Notes under the pieces: generated by a model
Seen by the model: the letters and a program-made list of their open reading frames with translations, nothing else
Databases searched by the model: none
Told to the model about the DNA's origin: nothing
Made by a program: the position numbers and the translations under genes
DNA from: Pseudomonadota bacterium
GTDB taxonomy: Bacteria; Pseudomonadota; Alphaproteobacteria; Rhizobiales; Beijerinckiaceae
Length of the DNA stretch: 63,632 bases
Direction: 5' to 3'
Assembly: GCA_023386115.1 (NCBI GenBank)
Contig: JAEWKL010000790.1
Location: forward strand, 1 to 63,632
Shown here: positions 1 to 10,815 of the stretch, piece after piece
Layout of the letters: every line of letters starts with the position of its first letter
Numbering within the stretch: the first letter of the stretch is position 1

Positions 1-427
1 CGATGATGAGGTCGAGCTGGTAATCCTCCATCGCCGGATAGAGGATCTCTTCCACCGCCGGGTTGAGGCGGTGGATCTCGTCGATGAACAGGACGTCGCG
101 CTCCTCCAGGTTGGTGAGCTGCGCCGCGAGATCCCCGGCCTTGGCGATCACCGGACCGGAGGTCGAGCGGAAGTTCACCCCGAGCTCGCGGGCGACGATC
201 TGGGCCAGCGTGGTCTTGCCGAGGCCGGGGGGCCCGACGACCAGCACGTGGTCGAGGGCCTGGCCGGTCTTCTTCGCCGCGTCGATGAACACCTGGAGAT
301 TGGCGCGGGCGGCTTTCTGGCCGGTGAAGTCGGCGAGGCTCAGCGGCCGGATCGAGCCGTCTAGGTCGTCGCCGGACTGCTCGACCACGGGGACGAGCTT
401 GGAGCCCGCAAGCTTCATGTTGGCCAT
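1..427 (-). CDS. ruvB: Holliday junction branch migration helicase RuvB (N-terminal part, runs off the window)
   Basis: Manual translation gives [12 protein letters not shown]...[28 protein letters not shown]...LFIDEIHRL...[14 protein letters not shown], with Walker A/B and RuvB signatures. Confidence 0.96.
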   Translation of the reverse strand, partial: MANMKLAGSKLVPVVEQSGDDLDGSIRPLSLADFTGQKAARANLQVFIDAAKKTGQALDHVLVVGPPGLGKTTLAQIVARELGVNFRSTSGPVIAKAGDLAAQLTNLEERDVLFIDEIHRLNPAVEEILYPAMEDYQLDLII

Positions 428-461
428 AGGTCGCCTCGTGTTCGGCAGCTAGGCAGCGTGA

Positions 462-710
462 TCAGGACGTGGCCTTGGGTAAGCCCGCGCCGGGCCCCAC
501 GAAGGGCTGCAGCAGCACGCGTCGTCCGGCGAAGTCATGAACGGTGACGCGCCAGTGCGACCACTCCGTGTGGTCGCTGACCGTACGCATGACTTCGCGG
601 GCGATCTGCGCCGCTCGTGTTGCGAGGCGATCGGGAGCGCGAACGTCAGCGCCGACCGTGTCCAGGACGCATTCCGCGCCGTTGGTGCAGTGGAAGCGGT
701 AGCGAGGCAT
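462..710 (-). CDS. DUF6894-like small protein
   Basis: MPRYRFHCTNG...D..G...A...AREVM...W.VTVHD..GRRVL pattern. Confidence 0.7.
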   Translation of the reverse strand: MPRYRFHCTNGAECVLDTVGADVRAPDRLATRAAQIAREVMRTVSDHTEWSHWRVTVHDFAGRRVLLQPFVGPGAGLPKATS

Positions 711-749
711 GTTGCGGCGCTCCGTTGAGGATAGCTTCAGAAAGGTTCT

Positions 750-764
750 GTTCACTATATGTTC
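750..764. promoter_or_regulatory. Alphaproteobacterial LexA (SOS) box
   Basis: GTTC-ACTATAT-GTTC, a perfect GTTC-N7-GTTC 40 bp upstream of the DUF6894-like gene and ruvB. Confidence 0.85.
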
Positions 765-884
765 TCAAACGCGGACATTGTACAAGCTGAGGCGGAATGA
801 CGCACGTATCAGCCCGCTTTGCATCGTAGGTGTGGCGCGGCAGGTGGACGATGCAGGTTTGTGTCATAGTGGATGAGGTTGAAT

Positions 885-1997
885 TCAATGGGCTGGCGAA
901 ACGCGTAGGATCCGGCCCTGGTCCTCGTCGGTCAGGAGGTAGAGGAAACCGTCGGGCCCTTGGGCGACATGCCGGATGCGCTCGCCCATGGGGATGCGCT
1001 CCTCGCCGGTTACACGTGACCCCGAGAGCGTCAGACGAATCAAGGCCTGTGAAGCAAGTCCGGCAAGCAGCAGGTTCCCACGCCACGCCGGCAGGGCGGA
1101 GGCTGTGTAGAATGTCATCCCGGAGAACGAGACCGAAGGCGTCCAGTGATAGATGGCATCGGCAAGGTCAGGCCGCGTTGTCGGCCTCGGGATTGGCCGC
1201 CCGTCTTTGTGGTCGCCCCAGCTGACCAGCGGCCAGCCGTAGTTGCAGCCCGGCTCGGGGATGTTGATTTCGTCTCCGCCTGTCGGCCCGAACTCGCCTG
1301 CCCATAGGACACGGGTGTCCGGGTGAACCGCGAGGCCCTGAATGTTCCGATGGCCGTAGGACCAGATCTCCGGCCGGCCCCCTGCACGTTGCACGAATGG
1401 ATTGTTGGGCGGCACTGACCCGTCCGGATTAATGCGGATGAGTTTCCCTATGTCGGTCGAGAGATCTTGGGCCCGATCAGGTTCGTCACGGTCACCCATT
1501 GAGATGAACAGCTTGCCGTCCGGCGTGAAGGCGAGGCGGGATCCGAAATGATCCTCGATCGGCGAGGCTGGCTGCTGCTGGAAGATGACGTGGAAGTCGT
1601 CCAGCGCTGTAGCGGCTGTGTTGAGGCGGCCGCGTCCAGCCGCCGTGGCCCAGCCGCCCGCACATGGCGCGACATAGGTTAGGTAGACGAGGTGGTTCTC
1701 GGAGAAGCCGGGATCAAGCGCCACGTCCATGAGTTCGCCGTGCACCCGCGGTGTGCCGTCGAGCGGGGGAGATACTCGTCCGTCAACGGAGACGATGGTC
1801 AGGCGACCCGGCTGTTGAGTGACCAGCATGCGCCCGTCCGGCAGGAATGCGAGGCCCCAGGGATGATCGAGGCCGCGTGCCACCGTCTCGACGACGACCT
1901 CGGCCTTCTCGGTCGTGAGGAGTTGATTTGGCTGGCTCCGAGCCGACAGCGAAGCCGCCGCGAGCATGACGATGGTGAGGACGACAAGTCGGATCAT
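885..1997 (-). CDS. PQQ-dependent sugar dehydrogenase (YliI/glucose-sorbosone family), secreted
   Basis: Signal peptide; GLDHPWGLAFLPDG, HFGSRL, IWSYGHRNIQG, GGDEIN...NYGWP. Confidence 0.92.
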   Translation of the reverse strand: MIRLVVLTIVMLAAASLSARSQPNQLLTTEKAEVVVETVARGLDHPWGLAFLPDGRMLVTQQPGRLTIVSVDGRVSPPLDGTPRVHGELMDVALDPGFSENHLVYLTYVAPCAGGWATAAGRGRLNTAATALDDFHVIFQQQPASPIEDHFGSRLAFTPDGKLFISMGDRDEPDRAQDLSTDIGKLIRINPDGSVPPNNPFVQRAGGRPEIWSYGHRNIQGLAVHPDTRVLWAGEFGPTGGDEINIPEPGCNYGWPLVSWGDHKDGRPIPRPTTRPDLADAIYHWTPSVSFSGMTFYTASALPAWRGNLLLAGLASQALIRLTLSGSRVTGEERIPMGERIRHVAQGPDGFLYLLTDEDQGRILRVSPAH

Positions 1998-2195
1998 AGC
2001 ACGTCTCGAGCCGGCGCCTCACTCGCAACTCAGCAGATCTAATAAGGATCAACAGCGGGAGCGGCGGGGCGGAGGTGGCGCTCTGAGCGGCGGCGAGTGC
2101 ATGCAGCGAATGCGAGAGGACGGCTGGAGACTTGGTGCTGCATCTCGACCGGGCCAGCGCGGCCGCGACTCGCACACGATCTGGGCACCGAGTCC

Positions 2196-2392
2196 CGGCA
2201 ACTCCGGGGCCGATGTGCCGGCGGCGGCCGACACATGTCGGTGCCTCTCCCGAAGAACAAGGCGCGGAGGGGTGGCCAACCTTTGCCTGCGATCACCAGG
2301 ATGTGGGTTGGCAGCGAAACTATCGGAGACGGGGGAGCTTGTAAGCTTTGCTTGTCATGGAGCATCGACCACAATGAACATCCAGAACACAA
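2196..2392 (+). repeat. Diverged direct repeat, copy 1 (upstream region plus first codons MNIQNT of a small gene, truncated here)
   Basis: Aligns with 9168-9360, e.g. GCGATCACCAGGATGTGGGTT, GAAACTATCGGAG, GGAGCTTGTAAGCTTTG, CACAATGAACATCCAGAACACAA. Confidence 0.9.
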
Positions 2393-2615
2393 GGCGATGG
2401 CATGAAGGGTCATAGGCCAGCTCCGGAGGGAGGCTGCAAGCTCCGCCAGCATGATTAACAACAGGCAAGTTTGAGCTTGTCGCGTTTGCAACAGCCTCCT
2501 AAGGTAACTTACGAGTATAGTGCCGCTGTTCTGTGTCACCCCAAAACAATCGTAAACCTATTGAGGCGGTGAGGAGGTCAGTCCAGTGAGCCAAGCCTCC
2601 ACACCGATCTCTCAT

Positions 2616-2930
2616 TCAGCGATATCGCTCACTGCTCGCGCTCATTCGGCGAGCTACGTAATCCCCCGATACCGAACGCTGGCCGAAAATCAGCCAAGCG
2701 AGGCCAAACCCGATTGCTCCAGCCACGAACCAGCCTGTGAGCGTGGTTGCATCCACGTCACTGACAACGTTCTGACCACGCCGCAGATAGCGGGAGCCCT
2801 GCTCGCTCACATCGTCCCAGTGATCGGACGCTTGATCGGCGAGGTTGCGAGCGGCGCTTGCCGCTTGCTCATAGAGGCCTCCCTGCTTGTTGCCACGTGC
2901 CGTATTGCTAGCCTGAGATCCTCCAGCCAT
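2616..2930 (-). CDS. Small stress-type protein with a C-terminal membrane helix (ElaB/DUF883-like architecture)
   Basis: GGAG RBS; amphipathic N-terminus and TGWFVAGAIGFGLAWLIFG helix. Confidence 0.65.
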   Translation of the reverse strand: MAGGSQASNTARGNKQGGLYEQAASAARNLADQASDHWDDVSEQGSRYLRRGQNVVSDVDATTLTGWFVAGAIGFGLAWLIFGQRSVSGDYVARRMSASSERYR

Positions 2931-2989
2931 GTCTCCATCCTCCGGGTTACGGCTGAGGCCTGGTGCAGACCTCGCCGACAGCTATGATC

Positions 2990-3015
2990 AACAGCAGGAG
3001 CGGCGGCAGTGTTCC
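2990..3015 (-). promoter_or_regulatory. sigmaEcfG-like promoter
   Basis: GGAAC-N17-TGTT on the minus strand, 60 bp upstream of 2930. Confidence 0.55.
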
Positions 3016-3176
3016 CATCAAGTTGCGGGGCGAGCGCTCCGAGAGTCCCTTGAAGCATACCGTGACAGCCGTGCTGAAATAATTTATGCCAGTGAAATAA
3101 TCGCCCATAGCCCATTGTGACCGCACCGTTTCAGGGGGTATTGCTCATTTTCAGTGATTGCGAGGCGCGCGTCATA

Positions 3177-3728
3177 GTGCGCCTGATCTTCATCCTGGGC
3201 CTGTTTGCGTTGCTCGTTGACGTCGTTGCCGGAGCCGGCGGAGCGATGCCGGTCCTGCGCAACGCGAAGCCAAGGTCCGCTGCCGTGGCGATGCCCGCCT
3301 CTCCATTGCAGCGGACGACTGTGCGGCCGGGAGACGCCGCCCCTGCACCGGTGGGTCTGGTTTACACGGGAGCTGTGACGCTGACCGGAGAGGCTCGTGT
3401 GCGCGTCGGCATACCGGCGGGACCGGAGACGGATGTGCCTTCGGCCTCTGTGGTCGGGTCTGACCCGGTGAGCTCCTTCCCGACCAGGGTCACAGTTTCG
3501 TCTGATGCGGCTGCGCAGCACCGTGCCGGTCTCGTGGACCTTGCGGACCTGAACACGGTCTCGCAGACAGAGCTGAACATGCTGCCCGGGGGCGGAGCCA
3601 TCGGCCGAGCCATCATCCGGGACCGTCCGTACCAGTCGCTCGACGAGCTGGTGAGCCGGCGCATCCTGAGCCGTGCTCGGTTCGAGCGCATTAGGGACCG
3701 GGTCGGTGTGCGCCCATCGCGAGCCTGA
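3177..3728 (+). CDS. Helix-hairpin-helix (ComEA-like) domain protein
   Basis: DLNTVSQTELNMLPGGGAIGRAIIRDRPYQSLDELVSRRIL; N-terminal hydrophobic segment; start uncertain. Confidence 0.75.
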   Translation: MRLIFILGLFALLVDVVAGAGGAMPVLRNAKPRSAAVAMPASPLQRTTVRPGDAAPAPVGLVYTGAVTLTGEARVRVGIPAGPETDVPSASVVGSDPVSSFPTRVTVSSDAAAQHRAGLVDLADLNTVSQTELNMLPGGGAIGRAIIRDRPYQSLDELVSRRILSRARFERIRDRVGVRPSRA

Positions 3729-4039
3729 TGGGTGCGGCCAGGTCCGTATCAACTTCAGCTCAGGGTCTGATCTCCTCACGGACGCGACATCAACTTCATC
3801 TAGCCTAGCTGAGCTGGCTGTGGATCGACACCGGAGTGGCACCCCGTCTGGATCAGGATCAAGCTCTTGGAGCTTTACTAGAAGCTGCCGTTAGGAGGAG
3901 GTCCCAATCGGCGCCGATTGAAACCCTTCTGGAAGTTGATATTGTGCTTCTAAGGCAAGTATACAAGTTTAAATCCAAATGGATGAGCCCTTTGGTGCTG
4001 ATCCACATGCTATCGCGGCTGAGCAGGATGTGGCTGGTC

Positions 4040-5629
<1,590 letters not shown>

Positions 5630-5707
5630 ATGGCCTCCACACCGGCGCGCCGCTTAGGCCCAGAGCTCGGACGCGTGAGGAGACGCGCAGCGCTCTGCGA
5701 CGCATCA

Positions 5708-5735
5708 GGAACCCGCATTGCTGCTTCCGGGTTCA
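5708..5735. promoter_or_regulatory. Symmetric sigmaEcfG-like promoter
   Basis: GGAAC-N17-GGTT on plus, and TGAAC-N17-GGTT on minus facing the GH13 gene. Confidence 0.5.
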
Positions 5736-5956
5736 GCCAGGGGTAGGAGGCGGGAGACGAAAGGCCCGGATCGGCTACCACGCGTCGCACTCGAGGGCTA
5801 TCGACAGGACCTAATCAACAAAACTAGCTAATGAACCGGTTTTATGGGGGGCAGATCATTTAATGCCGCACAGTGGGCCCCAAGCAGAGCTATGCAGCGT
5901 AGGCGCGGGTCACACGTGAAAACCGAACGTCATCCGCGTGATTGTTCGGGCGGAAC

Positions 5957-5981
5957 GGAACCTTGTCAAGCCTAAGCCGTT
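5957..5981 (+). promoter_or_regulatory. sigmaEcfG consensus promoter
   Basis: GGAAC-CTTGTCAAGCCTAAGC-CGTT, an exact GGAAC-N16-CGTT directly upstream of the SemiSWEET pair. Confidence 0.75.
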
Positions 5982-6013
5982 CGACAACATGCTCCATAGC
6001 GCGAGAGTCGCTG

Positions 6014-6322
6014 TTGATCCACTTTCCACTGATGCTCGGTTTTGTTGCGGGGTGCGTATCCACCTACGCGTTTGTTCCGCAGGTCGTGAAGATCTGGCGA
6101 GAGCGGGATTGCATCGCGATCTCGCTGAAGATGTACGTCCTGCGGATGGCCGGCTTCGTGCTGTGGCTCGCTTACGGGGCCGCGCTCGGAAGCGTTCCCC
6201 TCATTGTGTTCAACCTGCTCAACCTCCTGCTCGGCGGCGCCATACTGATCTTCAAGCTTCAGGCACTGGGACTTTGTCCAGACCCGAAAGGCCGGTTCTG
6301 CGCGGAACGGAGCGCAAGATGA
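6014..6322 (+). CDS. SemiSWEET (PQ-loop) sugar transporter 1
   Basis: STYAFVPQVVKIWRERDCIAISLKMY...LWLAYG...PLIVFN; start TTG 6014 or ATG 6032. Confidence 0.88.
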   Translation: MIHFPLMLGFVAGCVSTYAFVPQVVKIWRERDCIAISLKMYVLRMAGFVLWLAYGAALGSVPLIVFNLLNLLLGGAILIFKLQALGLCPDPKGRFCAERSAR

Positions 6323-6603
6323 CGTGGGATTGGGCGATAGGCCTGCTCGGCATAGTCGCGGGCCTATGCACGACGGGGAGCTTCGTCCCTCAGGTTGTGA
6401 AGGCATGGCGTGACGGTGAGACGAGGGCGATCTCGACGCGAATGTACGTCATCATCTCAGTCGCGTTCGTCTTATGGCTCGGGTACGGTTTGGTGATCAG
6501 CAGCTGGCCCATTGTCATTTTTAACGTGCTGAACTTGGGACTCAGCGGGGTGATTCTGTTCCTGAAATTTAGGGATACCCCGCGACGCCGCAAAGAAGCT
6601 TAG
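6319..6603 (+). CDS. SemiSWEET (PQ-loop) sugar transporter 2
   Basis: TTGSFVPQVVKAWRDGETRAISTRMY...LWLGYG...WPIVIFN; ATGA overlap with copy 1. Confidence 0.9.
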   Translation: MTWDWAIGLLGIVAGLCTTGSFVPQVVKAWRDGETRAISTRMYVIISVAFVLWLGYGLVISSWPIVIFNVLNLGLSGVILFLKFRDTPRRRKEA

Positions 6604-6803
6604 GCTTGCCTTTGGCGGTGGCCGAAAACGTGGGCAGTGCATGACGGGACTAACCATTTACTCGCGTGCGTCATTTGGACCTACTGAAGAGATACGGCCG
6701 CGTAATACACAGAATGTGGCTCAATGCCGGACAAGTGCCGGCCTCGCACCGGCCCCACGCGACCCTCATCTAACCCGAGTGGGACACACCACCTGCGCTC
6801 AGC

Positions 6804-7115
6804 TCACAGGAACTGGATGGGCTGCGCCCGCACCACCACGCTGTCCTGCTGGAAGCTCGCCTCTAGCTCCTGCCGGTACTTGGCCCACCAGACCGGATCG
6901 AGGACCTCCGCCATCACCTCGAACACCACGATGTCGTCGTGGGATCTGCCGCTTCCTTCCTGCCAAAAGCCTTCGGCAGGGCTGCGCGTGAAAGCTGTCA
7001 GGCCGCCAAACTGACGCGTCAGCTTCTCGCGCACGCGGACGTACTCTGTCTTGGCAAAGGGCCGCCCCTGATTGTCGGACAGAGGCAGGAGGATCTGGAT
7101 CAGGTAGCGTTCCAT
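6804..7115 (-). CDS. Hypothetical protein
   Basis: MERYLIQILLPL...FGGLTAFTRSPAEGFW...DDIVVFEVM; operonic with the upstream genes. Confidence 0.75.
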   Translation of the reverse strand: MERYLIQILLPLSDNQGRPFAKTEYVRVREKLTRQFGGLTAFTRSPAEGFWQEGSGRSHDDIVVFEVMAEVLDPVWWAKYRQELEASFQQDSVVVRAQPIQFL

Positions 7116-7125
7116 CAAAGGCGCC

Positions 7126-7860
7126 CTAAGGTCTCGCGAAGATGATACTGCGTGCCTGCCGATGCTCCTCGCGCAGGAACGCCGCGATTGCGGCCGTGAT
7201 CTTCTCACCGCCCTGAACCGACGGCTCGATCGGGTTGGCGAAGTCCGCATCCTCGCCGCACAGCACCCGCAGGTCGAGGAGCGTGAGGCTCCGCGCGGCC
7301 GCCTCGCGCGTCACGACATCGTTGAGGATCGCCAGGGCCGTCGCGGCCAGGCGTCGACGGACCGGATCGGGATAGCGCGGGTCGTAGATGGTGCAGATGG
7401 CCGTCGGGTGCCCGCACGCCAGCACGGCGTCCAGCATCGCGCGGTACTCCGCCCGGAAATGATCTTGCGCGGCGGCGAGCCGATCGAGCGCCTCCGGCAT
7501 TGAGCGCGCCGGCCCCTCGAGCACGCCTGACGCCCTTAGGGCGTCGTTACCGCCAGCGCTGACCACGAGGTGGGTCGCATCCTCCGGCAGGCCAGCGAGC
7601 TGGCGCGGTACGTCCACTAGCACCGCCCCGTCGACCGCGAGCAGCGTCGCACGCCCGCCGGGCAGGAGGGCGCGCAACTGGCGCACCACATCGGGGCTGC
7701 CGCGCACGTAGGCGCCGTTGTCGAAGACGGAATCGCCGAGCAGGACCGCGTGCGTCATAAACCTCTCCGTCTCGGGCCTCTCGTCGGCTGCGCGCGCCGA
7801 CACCCCTCGCGCGAGGACGAGCACGGACGCCGCCAGGACCTCGCGCCGTCCCGGCCTCAT
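7126..7860 (-). CDS. SGNH/GDSL hydrolase with possible Tat signal
   Basis: LLGDSVFDN, SAGGNDAL, ANPIEPS; RREVL leader; ATGA overlap at 7857-7860. Confidence 0.85.
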   Translation of the reverse strand: MRPGRREVLAASVLVLARGVSARAADERPETERFMTHAVLLGDSVFDNGAYVRGSPDVVRQLRALLPGGRATLLAVDGAVLVDVPRQLAGLPEDATHLVVSAGGNDALRASGVLEGPARSMPEALDRLAAAQDHFRAEYRAMLDAVLACGHPTAICTIYDPRYPDPVRRRLAATALAILNDVVTREAAARSLTLLDLRVLCGEDADFANPIEPSVQGGEKITAAIAAFLREEHRQARSIIFARP

Positions 7861-8720
7861 CCGGTCAGGAAGGCGGTCAGCTCCGCCGCCACCCTGTCCG
7901 GCTCCTCGTGGTGCAGCCAGTGCGTGGCCTCGGGCAGCCACGCGATTCGGCCCTGCTCGCACAGCTCCAGGCAGGCGGTAGCGAGGTGGGGGCTGAGCGC
8001 CGGATCCTTGTGACCCCACAGGATCAGGGTCGGAACCGGGATCGGCTCAAGCTCGCGACGGTCCTTCAGCCGCATCGCCCGGTACCAGTTGAGCATGCCT
8101 TCGAGGGCGCCGGGCTGGGCCCAGGACTCGCGGTAGCGTGCGATGTCCTCGTCCGTGAAGGTGCCCGGCCGGCTCGTCAGGTTCAGGGCCTGGCGCAGGG
8201 CGTGGAAGTCCGCGGCGCGCAGGGCCGCCTCGGGCAGGACCGGCACCTGGAACAGGGCAAAGTAGACGACGCGCAGGGCCTGGACCGGGTGGCGGCGCGC
8301 ATAGGTCGCGAGCACGTCGGGATGCGGTGCGTTCAGGATCGCGAGCCGGTCGATCCGCTCGGGGGAGCGTGCGGCAAGCCACCAGCCGACGATCCCGCCC
8401 CAGTTATGCCCGACGAGCCGCACCCGCTCGGCGCCGTGCCGGTCGGCCAGGGCCAGCACGTCGTCGGCGACGCGGTCGAGGTGGTAGGCGGCGATCTCCC
8501 GCGGCTTGGCGCTGCGGTTGTAGCCGCGCAGATCGGGCGCCAGCACCCGGAGGCCCGCGGCGGCAAGGGGGCCGAACTGGCGCCGCCAGGCGAACCACGC
8601 TTCGGGAAAACCGTGCAGCAGGATCGTCAGCGGCCCGTCCGCCGGCCCGGCCGCGGCGACGTGCAGGGTCACGCCCGGCAGAGGGACCATGGAGAGCTCG
8701 GGATCGGGCCAGGACCTCAT
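7857..8720 (-). CDS. Alpha/beta hydrolase (epoxide hydrolase-like) with nucleophile motif GHNWGG
   Basis: LLHGFPE, PDLRGYN, GHNWGG, NWYRA, THWLHHE. Confidence 0.88.
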   Translation of the reverse strand: MRSWPDPELSMVPLPGVTLHVAAAGPADGPLTILLHGFPEAWFAWRRQFGPLAAAGLRVLAPDLRGYNRSAKPREIAAYHLDRVADDVLALADRHGAERVRLVGHNWGGIVGWWLAARSPERIDRLAILNAPHPDVLATYARRHPVQALRVVYFALFQVPVLPEAALRAADFHALRQALNLTSRPGTFTDEDIARYRESWAQPGALEGMLNWYRAMRLKDRRELEPIPVPTLILWGHKDPALSPHLATACLELCEQGRIAWLPEATHWLHHEEPDRVAAELTAFLTG

Positions 8721-8835
8721 CAAGGAACCAGGAAGGATTTGCTCGGAAGGGATGCCTCGGGCCCTCGCGGCGGACATGGGTAACGTCCCCCCGCTATGGC
8801 GGATCCCGCCGCGCGGCGGGCGTGTTGGCGAGGTG

Positions 8836-9170
8836 ATGCAGCTTTACCTCGACCGCGACGGCGTGCTGGCAGATTTCGACGCGGGCGCGACCCGCGTGCT
8901 CGGCTGCCCGCCGCGCGAGTACCACCGGCCCCACGGTCCTGCGCGGTTCTGGGCCGCCCTCGCACGCGTCCCGGACTTCTACGGGCAGCTCCCGCTGTTG
9001 CCGAACGCGACGGCGCTATTCGAGGCCGTTCGGCCCCTGGAGCCGGTGATCCTCACCGGGTGCCCGCGCGGGACCTGGGCGCAGCCGCAGAAGCATCGCT
9101 GGGCCGCGGAGCACTTTCCGGGCTCGCGCCTCATCACCTGCCTGGCGTCGACAAGCGCCGCCACTGCCGG
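8836..9170 (+). pseudogene. HAD-family 5'(3')-nucleotidase-like fragment
   Basis: LYLDRDGVLADFD...ILTGCP...QKHRW; frameshift near 9150 and truncation at the repeat. Confidence 0.7.
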
Positions 9171-9360
9171 CAACTCGGGGGCAAATATATCGGCGCCCGC
9201 CGCGACGTGTCGGTGCCCCCGAGGAGCTAGGCGCGGAGGGCTGGCCAACCGTGCCGGCGATCACCAGGATGTGGGTTAGCACCGAAACTATCGGAGGCGG
9301 AGGAGCTTGTAAGCTTTGTTCGTCATGGAGCAGCGATCACAATGAACATCCAGAACACAA
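9168..9360 (+). repeat. Diverged direct repeat, copy 2
   Basis: Aligns with 2196-2392. Confidence 0.9.
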
Positions 9361-9521
9361 TCCGCGAGGCGATCGTAGCCGAACTTCGCCGTCAAGCTGA
9401 GGCGGGCGAGGACGGCCCACAGATAGAGATCCGAGACGAAGAGTTCGTTGTGATCAACGGCCGGATCGACCTCGAAGCACTCATCATGGTTGTCGAAGGA
9501 GCCCTGGCCGGCGGTCCCTGA
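9342..9521 (+). CDS. 59-aa small protein not in the ORF track
   Basis: MNIQNTIREAIVAELRRQAEAGEDGPQIEIRDEEFVVINGRIDLEALIMVVEGALAGGP; GGAG upstream. Confidence 0.75.
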   Translation: MNIQNTIREAIVAELRRQAEAGEDGPQIEIRDEEFVVINGRIDLEALIMVVEGALAGGP

Positions 9522-10475
9522 GTTCGGGTCATACAAGGCTGTTTGACGGGGATAGCTGCCATCCAGCGCGCCGTCGGTTGGGCAAATAACAGAGCCAATT
9601 TGCAACTTCACATTCTTTTCTTTGATGCATTCACGATGGCTATACTCATGTGAGAACATGATTTATAACGATTTCGCTGCTCAAATTTTGCTGCGGCAGT
9701 TTAGGACTGTGGTCGCCGGAATGCGTTACCCCTCCGCCATGGCCGACCTGCGCCTGAGCAGTGCCACCCTTGCGCTTCGTCGAGTGCAGATCGCGAAAGG
9801 TAACGAGTCGTTGTGAGCGCGCTCGCTTGCGCTTTGTGATATGAAGCGTACCAGCCTTGGTATGTAATTTCGACATCACACCTCTCTGATCCGACCGCTA
9901 ATAAATCTATTAAGTCATAATCAAACAACATCTAGATTATATTTAACTGAACATGTCGACGACGTAATATGCAACCTTGGATCTGCGGCTGCCTCTCCCC
10001 CCTAGATATTGAGACCGGAATCGAATGGTTTGTTGTATTTATGGGGATTTATGAATTGTCGCTGGTCTTAGGACATTGACATGGCGCCAACCAAATCGAG
10101 ATTGCACGATCACCACAGGTGAAAACAGGCTTATGAAGATCGTCGCGAAACGAATTGGCCAGACCCATGAAAAGCAAGAAAACGACACTGATGATGAATC
10201 TGCCACCATCATGTCACCTCCTCGTCCAGGCGAAACAGCGAGCGAAGCGAGCCTGTGCGAAGCGGAGCGGAGCACAGCAAGTGGAAGATCAGCCGCTTGC
10301 ATCGCGTAACGCGTAGGTGGCGGATCAATCTCTCTGGGGTCATTTGATCGGCCTCGCTACGCTCGGCGGACGCTTCGCGATCTTATTTTGTGATCTTGAT
10401 CACGGGACTGCCGAGTGTTCGGAGGGTACAGTTCACCCTGCCGGGGCGAACTGCTCGATCTCAGGCTCTGCCTTA

Positions 10476-10710
10476 GCGTCCCGGTTGTTCTTCCACTGCA
10501 GATCGCCAGACGAACTTCTTCTCGACTGCTGTGGTTGGGAGATATCGGATCTTGCAGAGGCGGAAGATCGTGCGCTCGCCGTTGCTCGGATGCTGATGAG
10601 TAGCGCATACGGCATCGACGATTTCGCCGGATGGTTCTCTGCGTCGGCGACGAACAGGACGAGGAGGTGATGCGCGTGCCATTTGCCTTGGCGCTGCCCA
10701 GGCTTCATTG
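10476..10710 (+). pseudogene. DUF6894-like pseudogene
   Basis: SRLFFHCRSPDELLLDCCGWEISDLAEAEDRALAVAR...FAGWF, frameshift, then LCVGDEQDEEVMRVPF. Confidence 0.6.
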
Positions 10711-10815
10711 AGAGTGCCGGGCCGAGCGGCAAGAGGTGGCTCCGAGCCATTCTACCGGACCCGCCCTCCTCCGTTGTGAAGCGTTCCGCGGCAGCCTAGT
10801 CCCAGTCGCGTCCGG

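Noticed and set aside
63..452. Plus-strand ORFs of 129 and 97 aa
   Set aside because: Antisense shadows of ruvB
2196..2392. Minus-strand CxxC zinc-finger reading (HCGRC/HCDRC) of the repeat
   Set aside because: Both copies stop at the same place in that frame, and the plus-strand promoter plus small gene explains the homology
5938..6603. 221-aa ORF as a fused full-length SWEET
   Set aside because: Its N-terminal half is an off-frame reading of SemiSWEET 1; the two transporters lie in different frames
9600..10310. Lower-GC stretch with short ORFs and a GAAC half-site near 9654
   Set aside because: No complete LexA box and no recognisable protein or RNA motif
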